A stretch of DNA of 64,000 nt, taken from the NCBI GenBank assembly GCA_965113315.1, contig OZ220372.1, one strand, 5' to 3'. A model generated the notes under the pieces. It saw only the letters and a list, made by a program, of their open reading frames with translations. It was not told where the DNA came from and made no database searches. Below, in pieces: positions 1-9,800 of this stretch. Numbering within the stretch: position 1 is the first letter of the stretch; each line of letters begins with the position of its first letter. A program made the translations under genes and the position numbers. This DNA comes from Podarcis vaucheri. Its lineage: Eukaryota.

Positions 1-234
1 CAGCACAGCCATCTTCTCAGAAAAACTCTTCACAAGCTCAAGAGGTCAAGACACAAAAGCTTTAGCAACTAATCTACACTTAATGACCCACCCAGTGGTA
101 TTCAGAATATCACTCATGAAATCACTCAAGATATCCCTCAAGTAATTAAGGAACAAAAGAAGAAAAGGCACACTAATCTAGGAACTTCCTCTCTGCCCAG
201 AACGTTGGAGGCTATACACCACACCCCTCAACAG

Positions 235-242
235 TATTTATA
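235..242. promoter_or_regulatory. TATA-like element in the pLTR, ~60 nt upstream of the hammerhead (also at 587-594 and 2226-2233)
   Basis: TATTTATA on the element sense strand, TATAAATA on the antisense strand. The position fits a pLTR promoter; function is inferred. Confidence 0.35.
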
Positions 243-297
243 GGAACTCAAACACCAGACTCTGCTCTGTTCCAGTAACAAGAAGCCGAAAGCACCA

Positions 298-335
298 GCC
301 TGAAGATGACGAGTGAGACCTCGTCGAAACGTCGC
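298..335 (+). ncRNA. Minimal hammerhead ribozyme-like motif in the pLTR (copy A)
   Basis: CTGAAGA (300-306), extra T, stem II GACGAG/CTCGTC with 6-nt loop, GAAAC-GTC (326-333). Stem I is only ~2 bp (GC/GC). Confidence 0.75.
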
Positions 336-493
336 CCAGACACCCCGACTCTTACACGGGAAGACACCCGAAGACACCAAAACCTGCATATATATATATA
401 TATATATATATGCTTTCGTAGATTTTCACGGGTACAGGAATGCAGGTTTTGGTGTCTTCGGGTGTCTTCCCGTGTAAGAGTCGGGGTGTCTGT

Positions 494-531
494 GCGACGT
501 TTCGACGAGGTCTCACTCGTCATCTTCAGGC
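494..531 (-). ncRNA. Hammerhead-like motif (copy B)
   Basis: Reverse complement of the motif at 298-335. Confidence 0.75.
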
Positions 532-763
532 TGGTGCTTTCGGCTTCTTGTTACTGGAACAGAGCAGAGTCTGGTGTTTGAGTTCCTATAAATACTGTTG
601 AGGGGTGTGGTGTATAGCCTCCAACGTTCTGGGCAGAGAGGAAGTTCCTAGATTAGTGTGCCTTTTCTTCTTTTGTTCCTTAATTACTTGAGGGATATCT
701 TGGGTGATTTCATGAGTGATATTCTGAATACCACTGGGTGGGTCATTAAGTGTAGATTAGTTG

Positions 764-1394
764 CTAAAGCTTTCGTGTCTTGACCTCTTGAGCTTGTGAA
801 GAGTTTTTCTGAGAAGATGGCTGTGCTGCATTTAGTTGTGCTCTGGCTTGGCTTCGTGTATAGGGGCGAGCTGTGGTTTTGTGCCTTGTGCCAGCCAGAT
901 CTGTGTAGGGATTGCAGGGGGGTGCAGCATCCGGAGGTGCCACTATAGTTTGGCTACTGGATGGAGTCTGTAATATGTCTGTGGAGAGGGTCTGGGTTTG
1001 GGTCTGGTGTGGTTGATTGGTGACGGCGTTCTGTGTGCCTCTGGTTCTGGTGTCGGTTTTTGTGGGGAGGGCTAATTTCCAGATGTCTGGCAGGCGGGAC
1101 GTGTCGTCACGCTTGTTCATGTTGTGAGGGTGTTTCTCTATCTCGATGGCTTCCATGATTATTCTCTTGTGGTGATGTTCCATGTTAAAGAGCAATTTGG
1201 AATCTGCAAAATTAATTTCGTGTCCTGTTTCTTTCATGTGTTGGAAAAGAGAGGAAGTTTTTTCTTCTTTTTTGACGGCATTCTTGTGTTCTGCGATACG
1301 TGCATTTATTCGTCTGTTTGTTTGTCCAATGTACGTGGCTGGGCAGACTTTGCAGGGTATTTCATAGACCCCTTGGTTTTCCAGCTGGATTTTG
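764..1394 (-). CDS. Mirror copy of the PLE GIY-YIG ORF fragment
   Basis: C-terminal part of track ORF 764..1696; reverse complement of 1426-2056. Confidence 0.88.
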
Positions 1395-1414
1395 GTTTTC
1401 CAGCTGGATTTTGA

Positions 1415-2056
1415 AACCCAAAAGACAAAATCCAGCTGGAAAACCAAGGGGTCTATGAAATACCCTGCAAAGTCTGCCCAGCCACGTACATTGGACAAAC
1501 AAACAGACGAATAAATGCACGTATCGCAGAACACAAGAATGCCGTCAAAAAAGAAGAAAAAACTTCCTCTCTTTTCCAACACATGAAAGAAACAGGACAC
1601 GAAATTAATTTTGCAGATTCCAAATTGCTCTTTAACATGGAACATCACCACAAGAGAATAATCATGGAAGCCATCGAGATAGAGAAACACCCTCACAACA
1701 TGAACAAGCGTGACGACACGTCCCGCCTGCCAGACATCTGGAAATTAGCCCTCCCCACAAAAACCGACACCAGAACCAGAGGCACACAGAACGCCGTCAC
1801 CAATCAACCACACCAGACCCAAACCCAGACCCTCTCCACAGACATATTACAGACTCCATCCAGTAGCCAAACTATAGTGGCACCTCCGGATGCTGCACCC
1901 CCCTGCAATCCCTACACAGATCTGGCTGGCACAAGGCACAAAACCACAGCTCGCCCCTATACACGAAGCCAAGCCAGAGCACAACTAAATGCAGCACAGC
2001 CATCTTCTCAGAAAAACTCTTCACAAGCTCAAGAGGTCAAGACACGAAAGCTTTAG
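1415..2056 (+). CDS. C-terminal part of the PLE ORF: GIY-YIG endonuclease plus low-complexity tail (5'-truncated, no RT domain)
   Basis: Open frame NPKDKIQLENQGVYEIPCKVCPATYIGQTNRRINARIAEH...HMKETGH...RIIMEAIEI...NMNKRDD. It has the GVY/YIG motifs with intervening CxxC and the conserved R, H, E and N of the PLE GIY-YIG. Confidence 0.9.
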   Translation, partial: NPKDKIQLENQGVYEIPCKVCPATYIGQTNRRINARIAEHKNAVKKEEKTSSLFQHMKETGHEINFADSKLLFNMEHHHKRIIMEAIEIEKHPHNMNKRDDTSRLPDIWKLALPTKTDTRTRGTQNAVTNQPHQTQTQTLSTDILQTPSSSQTIVAPPDAAPPCNPYTDLAGTRHKTTARPYTRSQARAQLNAAQPSSQKNSSQAQEVKTRKL

Positions 2057-2288
2057 CAACTAATCTACACTTAATGACCCACCCAGTGGTATTCAGAATA
2101 TCACTCATGAAATCACCCAAGATATCCCTCAAGTAATTAAGGAACAAAAGAAGAAAAGGCACACTAATCTAGGAACTTCCTCTCTGCCCAGAACGTTGGA
2201 GGCTATACACCACACCCCTCAACAGTATTTATAGGAACTCAAACACCAGACTCTGCTCTGTTCCAGTAACAAGAAGCCGAAAGCACCA

Positions 2289-2326
2289 GCCTGAAGATGA
2301 CGAGTGAGACCTCGTCGAAACGTCGC
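2289..2326 (+). ncRNA. Hammerhead-like motif (copy C)
   Basis: gcctgaagatgacgagtgagacctcgtcgaaacgtcgc. Confidence 0.75.
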
Positions 2327-2486
2327 ACAGACACCCCGACTCTTACACGGGAAGACACCCGAAGACACCAAAACCTGCATATATATATATATATATATAT
2401 ATATGCTTTCGTAGATTTTCACGGGTACAGGAATGCAGGTTTTGGTGTCTTCGGGTGTCTTCCCGTGTAAGAGTCGGGGTGTCTGT

Positions 2487-2524
2487 GCGACGTTTCGACG
2501 AGGTCTCACTCGTCATCTTCAGGC
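2487..2524 (-). ncRNA. Hammerhead-like motif (copy D)
   Basis: Reverse complement of the same 38-mer. Confidence 0.75.
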
Positions 2525-2550
2525 TGGTGCTTTAGAAGCCGAAAGCACCA

Positions 2551-2588
2551 GCCTGAAGATGACGAGTGAGACCTCGTCGAAACGTCGC
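2551..2588 (+). ncRNA. Hammerhead-like motif (copy E)
   Basis: Same 38-mer. Confidence 0.75.
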
Positions 2589-3608
2589 ACAGACACCCCG
2601 ACTCTTACACGGGAAGACACCCGAAGACACCAAAACCTGCATTCCTGTACCCGTGAAAATCTACGAAAGCATATATATATATATATATATGCCATATTGA
2701 AAATTCAACAGTATTTTAGTGTAAATTTCTCCTAAACTATAAGTTACTGTATACAGTTTTGCCTAAGGTAATTTATTTATATGTAACTTTCACAAATATA
2801 TCAATTTTTGTGCAAATTACTTAGCTAAATAACTGTATCGTACTGCAAAATTTGGTGAAGGGGGAATTCCAAAGGATAGCTGTGTTTTGGTTCACATATT
2901 GTTCTGGAAAGAGCGAATCAGGTAGGTTTGCTTTTAAATGCAAACTTAATTGACTTTTCCCCCTCATCCCTAACTGGGGCTCCTGTTTTCTCCCCACTAT
3001 TGTAGGTCAGCTGTAGTGTTCTGCACCAAGTGCGATGTAGCCTTGGGTCGAAAAAGTTTCCCTTCCGCTGCAGTAGAAGATAGCTGTATATCAGGTGTTT
3101 GGCCCTCCAAATGTTGCTGAACTAGAGCTCCCATCAGTTGCAGCAAGCATGGCCAGTGGCTAGGGAGAATGGGAGTTGTAGTTCCCAAACACCTGCTCTA
3201 TGTGCAACATGACTAGAAGATAGAGTTTTCAGTACTATAATGAAGTTCAAAGTTCTGTCATACATGAATCTACTCCAGGTCCGTCCGTCCCCCCCCCCCC
3301 AAAAAAACCCAACTGTCTTACTTTCAGGAGCCCAATTTGAATGGAAAAAGGGGTTGGAGTTGGAAAACCTTGCCAATCTGCTGAGAAGCACGCAGAAATT
3401 GACTGGTAGATCTCAATCTCTCTTCTGTCCACCCCTGTTCCATTGCTACTGGCATCCACTCTGCAAGGTCTCTAGCAGAGACCTTTTTTATCAGCCTATT
3501 AATCAGAGATTAACTAGATCTGCTGGGATTGAGCCTGGAACCTTGTGCACGCAAAATGTGTGCTTTACCATAATCCAGGGAGAGAAACCAGGGACATGAT
3601 GCAATATT

Positions 3609-3837
3609 AAAGGTAAAGGGACCCCTGACCATTAGGTCCAGTCGTGGCCAACTCTGGGGTTGTGGCACTCATCTCGCTTTATTGGCCGAGGGAGCTTCCG
3701 GGTCATGTGGCCAGCATGACTAAGCCGCTTCTGGCGAACCAGAGCAGCGCACAGAAATGCCGTTTACCTTCCCGCCAGAGCGGCACCTATTTATCTACTT
3801 GCACTTTGATGTGCTTTCAAACTGCTAGGTTGGCAGG
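3609..3837 (-). mobile_element. Sauria SINE (partial, internally deleted)
   Basis: aaaggtaaagggacccctgaccattaggtccagtcg... is the reverse complement of the SINE 3' end seen at 58140-58180. Confidence 0.85.
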
Positions 3838-4073
3838 ATTACACACACCTTACTTCCTGAGAATCACCTCCAGTGCAAGGATTAAAGAAAACTGATATTG
3901 CAAGAACGAGATCCCTTCTGGCCCCAACCCACCCTCCCAACCAGCCAGCCTCCAGAATTGTTTAGCCTTCTTGACCTCTCTATCCAAGGTGTTCAGCAGG
4001 AGTTAACATCGTCCTCTGAAAACAATCTGATGCTATGTACTCTTTAAGCCATGTGCCACTACCACATGCACCT

Positions 4074-4117
4074 TAGAACTGTAGAGTTGGGAGGGATCCT
4101 TGGGGATCATCTAGTCC
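4074..4117 (-). mobile_element. CR1 LINE extreme 3' end
   Basis: tagaactgtagagttgggagggatcc...atcatctagtcca matches the CR1 tail at ~17055-17097. Confidence 0.6.
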
Positions 4118-5574
4118 ATGTAGAGACTGAGGATCCTTTGCTATAATTATTGGTCAACCACATTCCAGGCCCAGGTCACAAGGCAAAGTTTGCACTCTTT
4201 CCCCACTTTTGTTGTTTCCTGGTTTCGCTTTTACAGCCCATATGGGATTAGCTCTATGTTCCTGATGTGCTTGGGCTATCATTTCAGGAAGAATCCTATT
4301 CAAAGAACTGATAGCTGACTGGGTAGTCTAAGGGCATCAGCTGTCTACTCTGCCTACTATTCCTCATTGAATCAAAAGTTTTAAACAGCGGCCCTCTCTG
4401 TGTCTACAGAAAATGTTTTGTTAAGTTAGATTTGGACAAGCATCTCACTCCTAGACATGTGCATATGCTGCAAATACTCTCAGGTTGCTTCCAGATGGCC
4501 TGTTCTCGATGAATGTTCATCCTGATCCGCTTGCAAAGTTTGAGGGAAAGTGATATATGTCTCCTATTTATTAAGCATTCATTCTGATTTGTTTGTGGGG
4601 ATGTTATATTATTATTGTTATTATTTTTTATTATTTTTATTATTTTTATTATTATTATATACCATCCTATACCCGCATTTATACTTTCCAGTGCATTTCC
4701 CCATCACTTTCTGTATGGCAAAAGTTCATTAAAAAAAAAAGTGCTGAACCTCCTTCAATGCCAGTAAATTTTAGCTGTGCGATTAGAACCCCATAGCAAA
4801 AACAGTGACAGTTGGGAAGCAACATCAGTAGCTTGCCCAGATGCTGTTAAACTGTCATCTTAGGCTGTGTAAGTCCATTCCAAATTACAAAAGATGTGAA
4901 AGCTTGCATTGACATGGAATGCTTTACGGTGGCTGCAATGCCTTTTGACTGGAGTGCATGCTTTTTTGCAATGCCTTTTGACTGCAGTGTAAATTATCCC
5001 ATATCCCACAGTCCCTCCACCTAACTTGGCACAGTGCAACTCTTAGTCTACAGCAGTGTGATGATGATGGAGGCTATTGCCAACACAGCTGCAGAGTTCT
5101 GTGTTAATAGGACATCACCGCTTGCAATGCCATTGCAGTTTCATAGCTCTTGATTATGTGCCTGTGCAGTGCCCTATCCTACACTAGGCTGTTTAAATTG
5201 GCTGTGGAAACCCTGGCAAGAGATCTTGCTTCATAATGTGAGCTCAGTGTACTTTGGCAGTGAAAAAAGTGGTGGAAAAGAAAAGCAAATTGATAGAGGG
5301 TAAGTCTATGAATGGCCAAGATCGGGCATCTGGCAAGACCTGCTTTTCAGCAAGTGGGTGAGGGATAGCAAAAGGCAGGTTGAGGTTGGTAGAAAGCATC
5401 CCGTTTGTCCTCATGGACGAGCCTCTAGTGCTGGTTGGCTACTGTGGGAAACAGGATGCTGGACTGGAATATGGAACTTTTGTTGTTGAACTGCAAGTCC
5501 CATCCACCCCAGTAGGTATGGCCAATCTCTCTGCATTCCTGTGTTGCATCCCTGTATTAGACTGCTCTGGCAGT

Positions 5575-5755
5575 TACAGATAGGTAGCCGTGTTGGTCTG
5601 CCATAGTCAAAATAAAAAAATTCCTTCCAGTAGCACCTTAAAGACCAACTAAGTTAGTTCTTGGTATGAGCTTTCGTGTGCATGCACACGAAAGCTCATA
5701 CCAAGAACTAACTTAGTTGGTCTTTAAGGTGCTACTGGAAGGAATTTTTTTATTT
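5575..5755. mobile_element. Fold-back pLTR fragment of a second Penelope-like family
   Basis: Perfect palindrome 5608-5757 (centre 5682/5683), 33-nt unpaired left tail, 12-bp TSD tgctctggcagt (5563-5574, 5756-5767). Contains the hammerhead 3' half cacacGAAAGCTC. Confidence 0.8.
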
Positions 5756-6409
5756 TGCTCTGGCAGTGCTCATCTTCTGTTCCCCAGCTTGCAGCATGGC
5801 TAATCTCAATACATTCAATACTCAATACATGTATTAGGTCATTCTACCTAATGTTTAACTTCAGCATGCCACGTCTACCTAAATTGTTTCTCGGCCAATC
5901 CTCAGAAAGCATGACAAATCTTTGGCCATTCTCTTCTTTCCTCAATCTTTTGAAAGTATTTGTAGACCCTTGAGGTATTGTACTCTATCCTCCTTAATCT
6001 TTTTGTCCCTTTGGGCTAAGCATACGCAGGTTCCTTCAGTTGTAACAGACTTAAAAACAAGATTTAAAATATATATACTTAGTGGAAGCACACAAACAAA
6101 TTCAAACATTTGGTGATCATGCAAACAAGCTGTCTTATCTCATGGATAGCCCCTTTGCTGTTACCCTGACAGCTGTGACTCAGCAGTGTCGGCCATTTTG
6201 GGGGTGAGTGAGACATAGGTTGTTGAGGTCCCCATCCCTAATGAAAATAGTCTCCAACCACTGTCAAATCACAAGTCACATCTGTCTCCATTGACTGATC
6301 CATAAAAATCACAGACCTGCTGCTTTGCAACACTCATCACAGCTTAAAATCATGGATCCAATGTACGGTCCTCATGAATCCTCATATTTTTGTACAAGGC
6401 ATCACCACA

Positions 6410-6716
6410 ATTCAGGACAGTTTCAGGGTACACAAAATAAAGTACTTCTCCGCCCAACACACAGTTAAAACTATGGAATTCACTACCAGAAGAAGCAGTG
6501 ATAGCCACCAACTTGGATGGTTTCAAAAGAGGATAAGACACATTCATGAAGGAGAAGACTATCAATAGCTACTAACCCTGATGGCTATGGAGGCCGTAAT
6601 ACTTCTGAATACCAGTTGCCAGAAACGACAGGAGGGGAGAGTGCTGTTGTGCATAGGTCCTACTTGTGTGCTCCCAAAGGCGTCTGGCTGGCCACCATGA
6701 GAACAGGATGCTGGAG
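6410..6716 (+). mobile_element. CR1-type LINE 3' fragment; related tails at ~12400-12545, ~33100-33560 and ~9915-10010 (minus)
   Basis: Degenerate ...KYF..Q..V..WNSLP..V.AT.LDGFKRG.D..M coding remnant followed by a shared 3' UTR (ggcca..gtgagaacaggatgctgga). Confidence 0.7.
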
Positions 6717-6729
6717 AGAGTGCTGACTT

Positions 6730-6890
6730 GGGAACCAGGATTCAAACCCCACCCAGCCATGAATCTCACTTGGTGACCACGGGCTAGTCACTGCCTCTCA
6801 GCCTAACCTACCTCACAAGGTTGTTGTGAAGATAAAATGGGCAGGAGATGTATGTATGCCACCTTGAGCTCCTTGGAGGATATAAATGTA
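6730..6890 (+). mobile_element. CORE/MIR-like tRNA-derived SINE; relatives at ~8385-8540, ~24420-24600 (minus) and ~52620-52840 (minus)
   Basis: B-box-like gattcaaacc followed by ctctcagcctaacctacctcacaaggttgttgtgaagataaaatgg, repeated in the window. Confidence 0.6.
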
Positions 6891-9800
6891 AATCTTCATC
6901 ATCATCCAGCAGACTCTTCTTATGCTGAAAAGTACAATCAGTATAGATGTGATTTGTTTTATGTATAAATTATGAAGAGGATCTGCACCTTGGATGACTG
7001 TAAACTGTAATCTGATGGTGTTTTTGTGGGGGGACTTCATGTAAAATGCAAATTCAAGAGGATCCATTTTAATTCACTGCAGCTGAAAAGCAAAGTGTGT
7101 GCGCGCGAACAACTTTGTCTCGTTCTGTTATCTGTGGGGTGGAATGACTTGGAGGAGGTAGGGGCAGATGCACCAGAGGAGGAAGTGCCTACAGCACTTT
7201 CTCAAAATTCCAGATGTGCCTGTGGGTCCAGAAAGCTTGGCAACTGCACACAGTTCTTAAAACTACATGATATTTTGCCCTACATGGAACTTGGCAATAT
7301 TTAGCCAAGCTGCAACAGGCCCGTGAACAAAGTTCCCTCTCAGATGCCTGGGAGCCAAAGTGTTAAGTTTCTGCAGACATGCATGGAGACCAACATCCCA
7401 TCTCATAAAACACATTTACCTTGGGGTGAGAAAACCTGGCACCAAACACTCGCTCCAGCCAGTGCAAAGCTGAGGCAATGTTTCCCTCTAATTAGCTGGT
7501 ATTTGCTATAATAGCTATTATGTTTCTGGTTATAAAGTCCTGAGGACAATGGCTCCTTCTTTCTTTACCCAAGGGTTGGGGGGGGGGATGAAGGAAAATC
7601 GGGGTTACTATTCCCCCCCACTGATTCCCCCCTCCCTTTTGCTGTATCACAAAAGATAGGAGGTCCTGCCGAAGAGGGGACAAGGATGGAAAACATGTTA
7701 GGCTATGAAGGAAACTAGACAAAGCCTTCAATTCTCTTCATTTTTTATTGAATCACTAGTATTGAGGGTGACCCATTTCTCAAAAAATATCACACAATCA
7801 GCAGTTCTACCTTGAGCAAGAAGTGAGGCTTGGAACCCAGACAGTGTTTGAGTTGAGAGACAGATGGGAGAAAATATCTATCAGCTATCTAATATCCAGT
7901 CTCCTTGATCAGTGCTCTTGATGATGATGGGTTGTATCCAACTAATGTTCACTCAGAATAGGCCAATTGAAATGAATGAACCAAAGTCGTGTCCATTCAT
8001 TTCAATGTATCTACTCGTAAGTATGAGTAGCATTAAATGCAACCTGGTTATAGAAAATAATATACTGTCTTCCGTATATGTAGTGTCTTATACCAGGGAA
8101 AGCAAAAATGGACAGGTCTTCCTGCCTTCAGGGAGCTTGCAAATTAAAATAGACAATGGGGAAAGTGACAGAAGAACAGGAAGTTAAGGGCAGGGAGGGA
8201 AGGAAGTAGACAAATGACATCATATGTGCTTAAACCAGGGCTGGAGAACCTGTGGCTCTCCAGTGATAATTGGACTGCCATTCCCTTCACTCTTAAATAG
8301 TGGCCACTGGCTTGGAGTCCAGCAACGTCTGGAAAGCCAAAGGTTCCCACTCTTGATATAGTGGATATTATTGGACTTCAGCTGGAAAGGCTGGGATTAA
8401 ATTCCAGTTCAGCCATAATGCTCAAAGGGGCGCCTTGGGCAAGCCACTATATCTGAGCCCAATCTACCTCGCACGTTTGTTGTGAGGATAAAATGGGACA
8501 ACCCCATGTTTGTTATCCTGAACAACTTGGAGGATAGAAATCAGCACTGGCCCAAGACATTTTGCTACCTGAGGTGAAGGACAGGATGGCATCCCCATTT
8601 TATGTACAGAAACCAACTACTGGCAGCTGCATCTTACTTAAATCATTGGCAGCTGCAACCTTTGCCACACCTGAGGGCAGCAGGGTAGTTTAGAGGGTCC
8701 TGGACAGGCCATGTGGCACACGCAGCTCTGTCCTCCAAAGAGGAATTGGCCTTGGATCTGCCACTGCTGCTTCCCCCATCATCTGCTGCCTGAGGTGTTC
8801 ACTTCATTCTGCCTAACAGTAGAGCCAGCCCTGATGGAAATCCATATCAATAAATGTTATTGCAACACATGCAAGCATGTAGCTTCCAGTTCCAGCACAA
8901 TTAGAACAGAAAGTAATTTTATTTGCAGTGCCCCCTAATTGCATTAAAAATTGAAACTAATTACATCTCTCCTTAATTACAAATTATAAAATAAAGAAGG
9001 CGTTTAAAATCTGCACAGCCAATTGTAACAATAACAATGGTATGTAAACTTGCCAGCAACAATTAGAACACCCTTCTGCCTCAGGAGGCTGAGATCACCA
9101 AGAACAGTTTTTACCCTGGAAATGCTTGGCATCAAGTCTTGAGGTCTGTTTCTGGCTTATAACATGGCTAAAGAACAACAAAAATCTGAACTTGAATGCA
9201 TGACAGAGGTCTGCATGACGGGTGGGGAACCTGTGGCTTTTCAGATGTTGGACTACAACTCCCATCATCCCTGATCATTAGCCAAGTTGCCTGGGACTGA
9301 AGACAGTTGTAGTCCCAACAACTTCTTTAAGGGCCACAGATTCCCCACCCTTCTGCTATGCACGAAGGCTGGTATTAGGCAGTACAGAACTGGTCCAACT
9401 TAGCTAGATCACTCTTGAAGAGTTTTGGAGAAAAGAAAGGGGAACAGTAAAATGGGCAGAAAGAGAAATATACTGTTGTCAAACTCTAGCCACAAGGATG
9501 GCATATTTGTTTTGAACAAGTTAGTTATTCTTGGATTTTGGAAAGACATTCTGGAGAAGATCAGGGATACTACTGCCTACATTCATAATCCAAAAACTTC
9601 TTTTAAAATGTTGGAAGAGGACTGCAAACTGATAACACATGTCTGTTAATTCCAGCTAGAATCTGAATTGCAACTTTCTGGACATTTTCTGCTGTTAGGT
9701 CTATGTTGGATAGGCTTGGATCTGGACAATATCCTTGTTGACAAAACATGTCGGAAGACTGAAAGAAGGAACAAACAAATCCAAGTTTATTAAAAGATTT

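Larger units (their letters stand above)
1..388 (+). mobile_element. Penelope-like element copy A: 3' end of the ORF plus pLTR, lacking the terminal 30-nt tail; continues beyond the window start
   Basis: Near-identical to 1992-2379 (offset 1991) with a few substitutions (e.g. gcccaga vs gcacaga). Ends aaaacctgca followed by (TA)n at 389-410. Confidence 0.9.
411..2379. mobile_element. Fold-back Penelope-like element unit: minus-strand copy B (411-1394) plus plus-strand copy C (1414-2379), 5'-truncated within the GIY-YIG region
   Basis: Inverted arms 440-1394 / 1426-2380 (mirror ORFs end at 764 and 2056). The 31-bp spacer contains a 19-bp duplication. Flanked by (TA)n on both sides. Confidence 0.92.
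2404..2671. mobile_element. Mini fold-back PLE unit (copies D minus, E plus), pLTR only, with complete tails at both ends
   Basis: Arms 2404-2533 / 2542-2671 with 8-nt spacer agaagccg. (TA)n at 2380-2403 and 2672-2690. Confidence 0.9.

Noticed and set aside
248-581. Mirror-image 91-aa ORFs (MTSETSSKRR...), and similar ORFs at 2219-2735 and 10424-11275
   Set aside because: By-products of palindromic pLTRs and stop-free (TA)n runs (IYIYIY); they have no protein features.
1-2690. Whole array as a long-read fold-back artefact
   Set aside because: Not favoured: there are consistent asymmetric tails, unit-specific alleles, complex junctions, and a TSD-bounded analogue at 5575. Formal exclusion still needs raw reads.
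4934-4990. 33-bp-period direct repeat (tgcaatgccttttgactg twice)
   Set aside because: Simple local tandem duplication with no further structure.
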